NCBI GenBank assembly: GCA_017537225.1
Contig: JAFYLG010000071.1
Span: forward strand, 1-42,441
Reading direction: 5' to 3'
Source of the DNA: Lachnospiraceae bacterium
Lineage (GTDB): Bacteria; Bacillota; Clostridia; Lachnospirales; Lachnospiraceae
Length of the DNA stretch: 42,441 nt
The position numbers were made by a program, and so were the translations under genes. Below, piece after piece: positions 18,988 through 27,813 of this stretch (its first letter is position 1; each line of letters begins with the position of its first letter). The notes under the pieces were generated by a model. It was not told where the DNA came from. It saw only the letters and a list, made by a program, of their open reading frames with translations, and searched no databases.

Positions 18988-19470
18988 CTATGGTTCTACA
19001 CCTGGATCAATGGCTAAATCATTGCCATCAGCGGCAGAAGTGGCCAATCTATCACAACGCTCATTTTCGGGATGACCGGCATGTCCTTTGACCCAGTGAA
19101 ACTCCACTTGATGAGGCATCTTAGCTGCCAGTAAGCGCTGCCATAGATCTACATTTTTGACAGGATCATTCTTTCCACGCTTCCAGCCTTTAGCGATCCA
19201 TCCATCGATCCAATGCTCTGTAAAGGCTTTGATCACATAGGAAGAATCTGAATATAATTCTACCTGACAAGGACGATTCAGCGCTTCCAAAGCTGCGATC
19301 ACCGCCATAAGTTCCATTCGATTGTTTGTGGTTTTTTTATAACCTCCAGACAGTTCTTTTTCATGAAGAACTCCCTTAGGGTCCACATATTGGATAACAG
19401 CACCGTATCCACCGGGTCCGTCCGGGTTACCTCTGGCTGCTCCATCGGTAAAAATCTTAACTTTCATCAT
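18988..19470 (-). CDS. rnhA: Ribonuclease HI
   Basis: Start moved to the ATGATG at 19465-19470 ([18 protein letters not shown]-like). DEDD residues are in TDGA, NNRMEL, YSDS and ERCDRLA. A GGAG RBS lies inside the upstream gene. Confidence 0.9.
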   Translation of the reverse strand: MMKVKIFTDGAARGNPDGPGGYGAVIQYVDPKGVLHEKELSGGYKKTTNNRMELMAVIAALEALNRPCQVELYSDSSYVIKAFTEHWIDGWIAKGWKRGKNDPVKNVDLWQRLLAAKMPHQVEFHWVKGHAGHPENERCDRLATSAADGNDLAIDPGVEP

Positions 19471-21160
19471 ATACACTCCAAATTCCGGTTCGGTCAAAGC
19501 GCTCTGCCATATCCCGAGCCTGCTCCAAAACAAATTTGTCGTAACCCATCAATCCCAGTAACTGCAACGCATTACGCCCCACTGCCCGTCCCGGATGCCA
19601 TCGATAAGTAAACAAAATATCTCCTTCTGTGATGGTCTCGGAGAAATGTCCATTGTCATAGTGATCTTCTAACAAATACGTCAATTCTCCATCGTGAGTA
19701 GCTGCAAAACAAAGAATATTCATCGTTGTCATGCTTTTTAAAATCTGTGTGGAGGCTGCAATGCGCTCTACCGTATTGGTTCCCCGCAACACTTCATCAA
19801 CAAAACAAAGTACAGGAAGATCATCATGACCACGATCCAGAATTCTCTTTAAGGAACGAATTTCAACCATGTAGTAGCTTTCGCCACCGATCAGATCGTC
19901 CTTTAGAGCCATGGAAGAATAAATCTGATAAAAAGGAGCACGATAGCTTTGTCCTGGTACTGTATAAATGGTCTGAGCCAGTACCGTACTCAATCCCACG
20001 GTCTTTAAAAAGGTTGACTTACCTGAAGCATTAGAACCGGTGATCAGCTGACTTCGCTCTGCACAGACACTATTTGGAACGGCACGATCTACCAGCGGAT
20101 GATACAATTCCTGGCCATGCAACGATAACCGCTCTCCCACAGCCGCCGTCCACAGCTGTGGCTCACACCATTGTCCCAGACATTGGCGGAAAGAAGCAAT
20201 GGCAAGACCACATTCCAATTGGCCCAGGACATTAAAAGTTTCCCAGACTGTAGATTCCATCTGTCGGATCTTAGCTACGATCTGATGATATGCGATCAAA
20301 TCCATATGGAATATCATCTTGGCATAGTCAGCCAGCAGATCCAAAGGCGAACCGCTCATGGCTTTTCCCATAGTAATGGCCTTGGATTTCCGACAGATAG
20401 GCTCCAGTGCATCGGCCAACCGCTGCAGCGTATTTTGATAGGAATGAAACTCTTTTACACTATCCAATTCACTGATCTCTTTGGCACACAACTGCAGTCG
20501 AACCACATTGGCCACACAGACAAACAGATCCTCTACCTGAGCCTTTTGTCGGTAATAGGTGATAATCTGAAATGCGATCACTACGATCAGCATAAGACCA
20601 CCATAGTTGGACTGAATCGTCATCAAAATGACTGACACGAGCAAAGCTAGCAGTCCCAGATAATGAACAAGATTATTCTGAGGCACTTGCCGGCTTAACA
20701 GATCAATATAATCCGAAAATGCCAGTCGTCGCCCTCTACCGATACCATGAAGCGCCATTTCTACCTTGAGGCGCAACACTGGATCCTGAGTAAAAAACCT
20801 GGCCAGACGATCTCTTTCTACTAACGTAGCCGTCTCTGTCTCTGGCATACGCAACATACGATACAGCGTCTCTTCACCTACCGATGACTGGGTATGATTC
20901 AACAACATGAATATCTCATCCATCTCCAAGTCATTCCAGGTAATGTCATCCAAATACAATCGGTGAAGCTCTTGCTTGTGACAGCGCTCATAAAATCTGG
21001 CGATCTTGCGCAGATCTCCATCCTCATATTCTCTGTCCGGTATCTGCCCCCACTGAGCTTCCAACTGCCGGATCAAACGCTGTTTTGCAGCGCGCTGGCT
21101 GCGAAAAAACTGAACAAACAGGATCCCCACAATCGCCAACAAAAAATACATATATTCCAT
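19457..21160 (-). CDS. MutS-domain-V ATPase paralog with predicted membrane helices (no mismatch-binding or Smr domain seen)
   Basis: Walker [18 protein letters not shown] and Walker [12 protein letters not shown]. There is an N-terminal hydrophobic helix and a central hydrophobic hairpin. Confidence 0.75.
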   Translation of the reverse strand: MEYMYFLLAIVGILFVQFFRSQRAAKQRLIRQLEAQWGQIPDREYEDGDLRKIARFYERCHKQELHRLYLDDITWNDLEMDEIFMLLNHTQSSVGEETLYRMLRMPETETATLVERDRLARFFTQDPVLRLKVEMALHGIGRGRRLAFSDYIDLLSRQVPQNNLVHYLGLLALLVSVILMTIQSNYGGLMLIVVIAFQIITYYRQKAQVEDLFVCVANVVRLQLCAKEISELDSVKEFHSYQNTLQRLADALEPICRKSKAITMGKAMSGSPLDLLADYAKMIFHMDLIAYHQIVAKIRQMESTVWETFNVLGQLECGLAIASFRQCLGQWCEPQLWTAAVGERLSLHGQELYHPLVDRAVPNSVCAERSQLITGSNASGKSTFLKTVGLSTVLAQTIYTVPGQSYRAPFYQIYSSMALKDDLIGGESYYMVEIRSLKRILDRGHDDLPVLCFVDEVLRGTNTVERIAASTQILKSMTTMNILCFAATHDGELTYLLEDHYDNGHFSETITEGDILFTYRWHPGRAVGRNALQLLGLMGYDKFVLEQARDMAERFDRTGIWSVYDES

Positions 21161-21324
21161 AGAAAAAACAACTTTCTGTCGATATTTCTTTATAAAAAGG
21201 AGCTATAACACCACTTTTACTGATTTTCTATCTACAGTATACCATAGATCCCTTCATTTTGAAACTTACAATATTCTTTCTTTTTACATAGAAATAGATG
21301 ATTTTTACAATGTAATTTCACGCT

Positions 21325-22407
21325 TTAGAAAGAAGCCGCTTTCTCTGGTGTCATCTCTTTTACTACATTCACTGCCAACTCTACGGCAGCCTCAAAATCC
21401 TGATAAGATGCAATGCCGTAATGAGAATGAATATAGCGCACAGGAATACCAATGACGATCACAGGAATACCTTCTCCGGCCAAATTGATCACAGCACCAT
21501 TATTGCCGCCTCCGGTACGTACAGAAGTCTGTAACGGGATACCGTGCTTTTCTGCCAGTGCGATGGTGTCACGCATATAGCGAGAATTAGCGATCATGGA
21601 TACATCCATAAAACGGATCATAGGTCCCTTTTTCAACGCAGTTTGAATGGCATAGATCTCGGTAAATGTGTCGTCTGCAGGACAGCCTTCAAAACAAATA
21701 GCCACATTTGGTCTGATACGATCAACAGCTACCTTTACACCACCATCGCCCACTTCTTCCTGAGAGGACATAACACCAACCACATCCATTGGCACATCTT
21801 CTTCGGTCAATCGTTTCATAGTTTCAAGCATGGCAGCACAGCCAATACGACAGTCAAATCCCTTTCCTATCAAAATATCTCTCTTATCGTCATAAGAAAA
21901 ATCAACAGCAGAAACAACGGGCTCACCAATTTGGATCCCGAAAATCTCCTTCGCTTCCTCTGCAGATCTGGCGCCGATATCGATGACCAAATCAGTCACA
22001 TCCATCAGACGATTTCTCTCCTCTGCACTCATAAAATGAGGCGGCTTGGCCGCTACGATACCAGGAATGTACTCTCCATTTCGATTGCGCACCCAAACTT
22101 TAGCTCCGGGCAGAGTACCGGGTGTAAAACGTCCCAAAGTGACAAATCTCAGAGTGCCATTGGGTTTAATGGAATGGATCATCATGCCCACTTCATCTCC
22201 GTGAGCATCCAGCATGAATACAGGGCGATCTCCCTTATTTTCACGGCGAGTCACATACAGATTACGTAAACGATCTTCTTCTACATCGGCAAAAGCTTGG
22301 GCAAAAGCGCGTCCCACAGCAATGGACTCATCTTCAAATCCAGAAGGAGCCTTTGCTTCGGAAAGTTTATGGATCAATGTGATGTTCTCTTCTTTTGTGC
22401 TCTTCAT
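21325..22407 (-). CDS. M42 family metallopeptidase (glutamyl aminopeptidase / FrvX-YsdC-like)
   Basis: Start moved to MKSTKEEN (ATG 22407, RBS GAGGTG). Motifs are MLDAHGDEVG, SSQEEVG and HSHYG. Confidence 0.8.
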   Translation of the reverse strand: MKSTKEENITLIHKLSEAKAPSGFEDESIAVGRAFAQAFADVEEDRLRNLYVTRRENKGDRPVFMLDAHGDEVGMMIHSIKPNGTLRFVTLGRFTPGTLPGAKVWVRNRNGEYIPGIVAAKPPHFMSAEERNRLMDVTDLVIDIGARSAEEAKEIFGIQIGEPVVSAVDFSYDDKRDILIGKGFDCRIGCAAMLETMKRLTEEDVPMDVVGVMSSQEEVGDGGVKVAVDRIRPNVAICFEGCPADDTFTEIYAIQTALKKGPMIRFMDVSMIANSRYMRDTIALAEKHGIPLQTSVRTGGGNNGAVINLAGEGIPVIVIGIPVRYIHSHYGIASYQDFEAAVELAVNVVKEMTPEKAASF

Positions 22408-22482
22408 ATCATAACACCTCATTTACATATATTTTTTATGTATATATATTATTTAAAACATCAATAGCCTCTAACGGATAGT

Positions 22483-22524
22483 AAAAAAAACACCTGCATC
22501 ACGAATAAACCTTCGCAATGCAGG
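22483..22524 (-). terminator. Intrinsic terminator after obg
   Basis: An imperfect stem CCTGCAT..CGAA/TTCG..ATGCAGG is followed by T8 on the minus strand. Confidence 0.7.
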
Positions 22525-22536
22525 CGATATGATTAC

Positions 22537-23826
22537 TTATTTATAATAGTCAAACTCCAGACCATACATACGCACGGTGTCACCTTCCTCGATGCCGCCC
22601 TCTTCCAGCTGCTCCAGAATACCGGTATCCTTTAAGAAGTTCTGGAAGAACTCAAAGCCCTTCTCAGAGTCCAAATTGGTGTAACCCAGCATCTTCTCGA
22701 TACGAGGACCTTCTACGCGGAAACCACCATCATCATCACGAGTCACGGTGTAAGGCAGATTCTCATCAATACGCAGTTCGTTGATATCGAACTCCTTCTC
22801 GAAGATCACCGGCTTATCATCCACGTTCTTCAGCATCTCTCTTACATGATACAGCAGTTCCTTCACACCCTGACCGCTGACTGCAGAAATAGGGAATACC
22901 TGAATACCCTGAGGCTCAAACTCACGACGCAATCTCTCTACGGGATCTTCGGTATCCTCATCCACATACAAAGCATCCAGCTTGTTAGCTGCGATCACGG
23001 TCGGACGCTCCAGGATGGAAGGATCATATGCTTCCAGTTCGGCATTGATCTTCTGGATGTCCTCTACAGGATCACGGCCCTCTACAGAAGCTGCGTCTAC
23101 GATATGGATGATCACTTTGGTACGCTCAATATGGCGCAGGAATTCATGACCCAGACCTACACCCTCAGAAGCACCTTCGATCAGACCGGGAATATCCGCA
23201 ATAACAAATCCGCCACCATCTAGATCTACTACACCCAGATTGGGATTCAGAGTGGTGAAATGATAGTTAGCGATCTTAGGACGAGCATTGGTTACACGGG
23301 ACAGGAAGGTAGACTTACCTACGTTAGGGAAACCAACCAAACCTACGTCAGCGATGACTTTCAGCTCCAGACGTACCCACAGCTCCTGGGCAGCCTGACC
23401 GGGCTGAGCGTACTTAGGCACCTGCATGGTAGCGGTAGCAAAATGCATGTTACCCAGACCACCTTTACCGCCCTTTAAGATAACTTCACGACGATTATCA
23501 CCGGACATATCGGTAATAACCTTGCCGGATTCATCATCATATACAACAGTACCTTCCGGTACCTTGATGATCAGATCCTCGCCATCGGCACCGTGACAGC
23601 GACGCTTACCACCTTCTTCACCGCTCTGTGCAATATACTTGCGCACATGACGGAAGTCCACCAGTGTATTTAATCCCTCATCTACTTCAAAAATAATATC
23701 ACCACCATGACCGCCGTCACCACCATCGGGGCCGCCATTGGCTACATACTTTTCACGGCGGAAACTAACGTGACCATCGCCGCCCTTACCGGACTTGATA
23801 AATATTCTAGCTCTATCTGCAAACAT
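22537..23826 (-). CDS. obg: GTPase Obg/CgtA
   Basis: Gly-rich Obg fold at the N-terminus (GGDGGHGGD). G1 is GFPNVGKST, G3 is DIPGLIEGA, G4 is NKLD. A C-terminal OCT domain is present. Confidence 0.95.
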   Translation of the reverse strand: MFADRARIFIKSGKGGDGHVSFRREKYVANGGPDGGDGGHGGDIIFEVDEGLNTLVDFRHVRKYIAQSGEEGGKRRCHGADGEDLIIKVPEGTVVYDDESGKVITDMSGDNRREVILKGGKGGLGNMHFATATMQVPKYAQPGQAAQELWVRLELKVIADVGLVGFPNVGKSTFLSRVTNARPKIANYHFTTLNPNLGVVDLDGGGFVIADIPGLIEGASEGVGLGHEFLRHIERTKVIIHIVDAASVEGRDPVEDIQKINAELEAYDPSILERPTVIAANKLDALYVDEDTEDPVERLRREFEPQGIQVFPISAVSGQGVKELLYHVREMLKNVDDKPVIFEKEFDINELRIDENLPYTVTRDDDGGFRVEGPRIEKMLGYTNLDSEKGFEFFQNFLKDTGILEQLEEGGIEEGDTVRMYGLEFDYYK

Positions 23827-23913
23827 AGTTCACCTCATTATACACTATCAACCATTGATTCTTTAAGAATATAGCATTTTCACCTTGGAATGTCAAGGGA
23901 GAGATGATTTCTG

Positions 23914-24864
23914 TTAATCATGCCATCCCACGTATTTCCCACCATGCCGCAAATATCCCTGAGGATCATAAATACGTTCATTTCTATATCTATCGATACC
24001 GCCTGCTCCGGTGTGATCGACACCATAATCATGAACATCAAACTCATGACGAAATCCTAAAGAATCTACCGCAATAATAGTGATAACAATGGTATCCTCC
24101 ATCGTTGCCTGGATCTCAGACTCATATGAGAAATCGTAAGACTTTTCATTTTGGTATTTATCCGAGGATAATACGTCCTGTGTAATATCCAGAGTTGCAA
24201 CGATCTCATCATTTACCGTTGTTTGAATTAAGAAGGAAGTAAATTTAACATTTGGACTGGATGATATTACATCAAAATATCCATTTACTCTTGCTGTGGG
24301 AGTTCCATTTTCCGGGAAGCCAATAGACGCACGATTGGATGATGCCCTGAGGGATGGGATACAATTTTTCCACAAATTAGCGATATCAATTTGTGTCAAA
24401 TACTCATAGGATTGCTCTTCTCCTTCGATGATTTTCAGCAGCAAACGATCGTCTTCTGTATGAAACAGATCCAGTAGAATAGTTGCCTCAAATCGCTCTC
24501 CTTGTTTTTGAAGGATGAGCTCCTCGCCCCAAATGCTCACAGTGACTGTTTTATCTTCGGAGTATGTTTTTAATAACACGGATAGAAACATAGGCACCTT
24601 GCCGGAAGCTACGTTTAACTCACCAATTTCATAATTGATATCCGAAATCAAACTGGCCTCTTGTGCTAATTTTTCCTCTATCAAACTTTCGGTACGCATG
24701 ACTAAGGAATCATAATTATAAATAAGCTCCCGAGACCATTCACGATCCATAGCATTTAACTCATATTTCAGGTCATCGATCTTCATGTTGCACTGGATCA
24801 ACAGAAACAGCAGCACACCAATTACAACCCATAAGCACATTTCTCTATTGTTAGGATTTTTCAT
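23914..24864 (-). CDS. Hypothetical N-terminally membrane-anchored protein
   Basis: 316 aa with strong RBS AAGGAGG. It has one N-terminal TM helix (CLWVVIGVLLFLLI), a helical stretch, then a beta-rich C-terminal part. I recognise no family. Confidence 0.6.
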   Translation of the reverse strand: MKNPNNREMCLWVVIGVLLFLLIQCNMKIDDLKYELNAMDREWSRELIYNYDSLVMRTESLIEEKLAQEASLISDINYEIGELNVASGKVPMFLSVLLKTYSEDKTVTVSIWGEELILQKQGERFEATILLDLFHTEDDRLLLKIIEGEEQSYEYLTQIDIANLWKNCIPSLRASSNRASIGFPENGTPTARVNGYFDVISSSPNVKFTSFLIQTTVNDEIVATLDITQDVLSSDKYQNEKSYDFSYESEIQATMEDTIVITIIAVDSLGFRHEFDVHDYGVDHTGAGGIDRYRNERIYDPQGYLRHGGKYVGWHD

Positions 24865-24922
24865 AGATGACCTCCTTTTGCATATTTTTGTATCAAAAAT
24901 GTAATTTTATATTCTTAACATA

Positions 24923-24951
24923 ATTATATCATTTTAGGAAATCTCTGGCAA
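24923..24951 (-). promoter_or_regulatory. Sigma-A promoter for the hypothetical gene (and probably obg)
   Basis: On the minus strand: TTGCCA (24946-24951), 17 nt, TGaTATAAT (-10 at 24923-24928). Confidence 0.55.
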
Positions 24952-24960
24952 GTAAAATAG

Positions 24961-24997
24961 AAACGAAACAAGGCAGGATGCTCACGCATCCTGCCTT
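24961..24997 (-). terminator. Intrinsic terminator after rpmA
   Basis: A 12-bp stem AAGGCAGGATGC/GCATCCTGCCTT has a 4-nt loop. The minus strand continues with GTTTCGTTT. Confidence 0.7.
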
Positions 24998-25014
24998 TGA
25001 TAAGCGAAATTTAA

Positions 25015-25311
25015 TTACTCAGCTACAGCCTCAGTTCTGGGGTATACAGAAACCTGCTTCTTGTCTCTGCCCTTTCTCTCAAACTTTACAACACCATCAA
25101 CCAGAGCGAACAGAGTGTCGTCGCCGCCACGGCCTACATTTACTCCGGGATGGATCTTGGTGCCGCGCTGTCTGTAAAGGATGTAACCAGCCAATACGAA
25201 CTGACCATCAGCTCTCTTCGCACCCAGTCTCTTGGATTCGGAATCTCTACCGTTCTTGGTGGAGCCTACACCCTTCTTATGAGCGAAGAATTGAAGATTC
25301 ATCTTCAACAT
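25015..25311 (-). CDS. rpmA: 50S ribosomal protein L27 with N-terminal propeptide
   Basis: Start moved to [24 protein letters not shown]. The Firmicutes-type extension precedes AHKKG. Confidence 0.95.
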   Translation of the reverse strand: MLKMNLQFFAHKKGVGSTKNGRDSESKRLGAKRADGQFVLAGYILYRQRGTKIHPGVNVGRGGDDTLFALVDGVVKFERKGRDKKQVSVYPRTEAVAE

Positions 25312-25315
25312 GGTC

Positions 25316-25642
25316 TTACACCTCCTTGAATACAACATGGATATATTCTTTGTGTTCTGTCTCAATGTCCTCTAATCCGTGCTGCAAGGACTTAAACAAT
25401 AAATCTGCCTCAGGCGTTGCAGCCTCATTCAGCTTTACCGCCATATATCCGGTATTTTCGTCCGTCTTGATTCGGAAGCTATTCTTCGTCAGACGTTCGA
25501 TGGAGTTCACAGTGTTTGTCACCAGTGCAGACACCGCTGCACAGATGATATCATATCCTGCCTCCGCATAACCAGCATGTCCTTTGGTCTTAAACCCTAA
25601 GCACTTTCCGTCAGAGTCTTGATAAAATACTACCTTGATCAT
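25316..25642 (-). CDS. prp: Ribosomal-processing cysteine protease Prp
   Basis: 108 aa lying between rplU and rpmA, with [18 protein letters not shown] (His/Cys dyad region). Its start overlaps the rplU stop (TAATG). Confidence 0.85.
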   Translation of the reverse strand: MIKVVFYQDSDGKCLGFKTKGHAGYAEAGYDIICAAVSALVTNTVNSIERLTKNSFRIKTDENTGYMAVKLNEAATPEADLLFKSLQHGLEDIETEHKEYIHVVFKEV

Positions 25643-25950
25643 TATTTTACAATGCTGTCGATCTTCAGCTCGGTATAAGCCTGTCTGTGGCCATTCTTCT
25701 TATGATAGCCAGTCTTTCTCTTATACTTGTAAACGATAACCTTCTTGGCACGAGCCTGATCCAGAACAGTTGCTTTTACACTAGCACCTGCTACGGTAGG
25801 CTGACCGATAACCAGCTCTTCGCCGCCGATGGCCAGAACCTGATCGAATACATACTCAGTACCGGGTTCTACATCCAGTTTCTCAACACGGATAACCTCG
25901 CCTTCAGCAACTTTGTACTGCTTACCACCTGTTGCAATAATCGCGTACAT
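25642..25950 (-). CDS. rplU: 50S ribosomal protein L21
   Basis: Start moved to MYAIIATGGKQYKV (ATG 25950, RBS AGGAGGTG). Confidence 0.95.
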   Translation of the reverse strand: MYAIIATGGKQYKVAEGEVIRVEKLDVEPGTEYVFDQVLAIGGEELVIGQPTVAGASVKATVLDQARAKKVIVYKYKRKTGYHKKNGHRQAYTELKIDSIVK

Positions 25951-26033
25951 AAGGCACCTCCTATTTATCATTACTCGCCAACTTCGGTGTCTGCTTTCGG
26001 GCAGCACTTAAAAGACCTCATTGAGCGGCATAC
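25951..26033 (-). promoter_or_regulatory. Structured 5' leader of rplU (candidate L21 leader RNA)
   Basis: An ~83-nt leader lies between the predicted TSS and the rplU ATG. It has a hairpin GTGCTGC-CCGAAA-GCAGaCAC enclosed by a CGCTCAA/TTGGCG pairing. Size and position fit the Firmicutes L21 leader. Confidence 0.45.
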
Positions 26034-26039
26034 TGGAAT

Positions 26040-26068
26040 ATGATAGCACCTAATGTACGCGATGTCAA
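26040..26068 (-). promoter_or_regulatory. Sigma-A promoter of the rplU-prp-rpmA operon
   Basis: On the minus strand: TTGACA (26063-26068), 17 nt, TGcTATCAT (-10 at 26040-26045). Confidence 0.6.
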
Positions 26069-26070
26069 GC

Positions 26071-26099
26071 AAAAAACCTTTACTTTTCAAGGTTTTTTT
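26071..26099 (-). terminator. Weak AT-rich intrinsic terminator after the cytidylate-kinase-like gene
   Basis: AAAAAACCTT, 8-nt loop, AAGGTTTTTT. Only two GC pairs. Confidence 0.35.
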
Positions 26100-26118
26100 G
26101 TATTTTTATAAGAACAAA

Positions 26119-26796
26119 TCACTTCTTATCTTTAAAGTAATTGGCAAAAGAATCTACTCGGCCAGCCTTGAGGAACTCTTCTTTCTTCTTGGCAAACTCA
26201 ATGATAATATCAGCACAGCGCTCTCTGCCAATGGCACTGGTATTCAAGCAAAGATCATAGCTGCTGACTGCACCCCATTTTTTATTAGTGTAATAATTAT
26301 AATAGGAAGCACGACGTTTATCTGCCTTGAGCATAAAGTCTCTGGCCTTGTGTTCGTCGAAGCCATACATATCCATCAGCCAGGGGATCTTATCCTCTTC
26401 ATCGGCAGCAATAAATACACTGATCATATGAGGATGCTCCGCCAGTGCATAATCTGCACAGCGTCCTACGATCACGCAGGACTCCTGTTCAGCCAATCTT
26501 TTAATGGTCTCAAACTGAGCCAGGAAAACTTTCTGGTTAAGAGGCATCTCCATATAGCCGGGCGTTGCATATCCCAGAGAATATGTATCCATTACTAAAG
26601 AGTATAAAAAGCTGTTGACCGGCTTTTCATCATGAGTGCGGAAAATATCTTCACACAGACCACTGTTGCGGGAACACATAGTCAAAAGTTCCTGATCATA
26701 GCACTTCACACCTAATCTTTTAGCGATCTCCTGACCGATCTGGCGGCCACCACTACCACATTCTCTACCAATCGTAATTACTAAATGATCACTCAT
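26119..26796 (-). CDS. Cytidylate kinase-like family (P-loop) protein
   Basis: Start moved to MSDHLVITIGRECGSGGRQIGQEIAKRLG (ATG 26796, RBS GAGAGGAG). Confidence 0.7.
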   Translation of the reverse strand: MSDHLVITIGRECGSGGRQIGQEIAKRLGVKCYDQELLTMCSRNSGLCEDIFRTHDEKPVNSFLYSLVMDTYSLGYATPGYMEMPLNQKVFLAQFETIKRLAEQESCVIVGRCADYALAEHPHMISVFIAADEEDKIPWLMDMYGFDEHKARDFMLKADKRRASYYNYYTNKKWGAVSSYDLCLNTSAIGRERCADIIIEFAKKKEEFLKAGRVDSFANYFKDKK

Positions 26797-27063
26797 ATGT
26801 CTTCTCCTCTCTGTCTTCATAGGCTCCCATAATATATACTATACATATATAGGAAACAAGCATCGGCATTTCTCCAATATATGCGAAGTACTATTCGATA
26901 TTTGTCTTTATTGTATCATATTTTTCATGAATTGTACAGAAAAACAAACACCTCCAAACGGAAAAACAAGATTCATTCGTTACTAATTTTTGCCATAATA
27001 TAAATAGTTCAATTTATTACTTTACCACAGAAAAATTTTTCTTCAATTATTCCATAAAAACAC

Positions 27064-27092
27064 TTGATTTTATCGCGTAAAAGTGCTAAAAT
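27064..27092 (+). promoter_or_regulatory. Sigma-A promoter for the hypothetical gene at 27214
   Basis: TTGATT, 17 nt, TGcTAAAAT. Confidence 0.5.
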
Positions 27093-27213
27093 TCTAAATA
27101 ATTTTATTGCATTTTTATATTTATTTTATGAATTAGAGTTGGATCGTTCCATACAGTCTATTGTACCATCGATATTTGTCTGGTCCTGTTTCACTCAACC
27201 AGAAAGGACCGAC

Positions 27214-27717
27214 ATGACATTACAAGAGACTTTGGATAAGATCCTTCCTTCTTTTCAAAAATACTACGATATTATTCGAGAGAATGTTCCTGCTCCTTTC
27301 ACAGCAGCTGCCGAGTTTCACAGTCACGATGAGCAGTATTTCCTGATCAAGAGTGCTCGTCTTTCTGAGTCAGACTCCCACGAATATATCTACTTTGCTA
27401 CTGTGGATCAATTAAATGAATCTGTATTAAAAGAATTAGATGAAAAGGCCTGGGAGATTGGTTTTTCCAAAGTAAAGCCTCACCCGGATCATCGTAATAC
27501 AGATATCACTCTTTTTATTGTAGCCGATCAGATCACCGACGAAGCCTTCGCTATGGTGCCTAAGATCAAACGCTACAAAAGTTACAAGTTCGGCTTCCAG
27601 GGCTGGACACATTACCGTTTGGTTGCTTTTGAGCACACTTCAGGACGCGCCGCCTATAACCGCCAGGGCGAAAGTCTGAAGAAGCTCGTTCGCAATATAT
27701 CGCAATGCAAAGGTTAA
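27214..27717 (+). CDS. Hypothetical cytoplasmic protein
   Basis: Start moved to MTLQETLDK (ATG 27214), because the TTG at 27064 coincides with the -35 box. 167 aa. No family recognised. Confidence 0.55.
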   Translation: MTLQETLDKILPSFQKYYDIIRENVPAPFTAAAEFHSHDEQYFLIKSARLSESDSHEYIYFATVDQLNESVLKELDEKAWEIGFSKVKPHPDHRNTDITLFIVADQITDEAFAMVPKIKRYKSYKFGFQGWTHYRLVAFEHTSGRAAYNRQGESLKKLVRNISQCKG

Positions 27718-27813
27718 AAAGCACAACATGCGTAGAAATCTATCAGCATTGCAGAGAGGAAAAAAACACACCCCTCTCACATTCTAAAATAATATAAAAA
27801 AGGAGAAACACAA

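Noticed and set aside
21544-22269. 241-aa plus-strand ORF
   Set aside because: It is antisense to the M42 peptidase gene and has no RBS, so it is a shadow ORF.
24978-25571. 197-aa plus-strand ORF
   Set aside because: It is antisense to rpmA and prp, whose identities are unambiguous.
27064-27213. N-terminal 50-aa extension of the hypothetical ORF starting at a TTG
   Set aside because: The TTG is the -35 hexamer of a good promoter. The extension is AT-rich and low-complexity, and the ATG at 27214 is the first plausible start.
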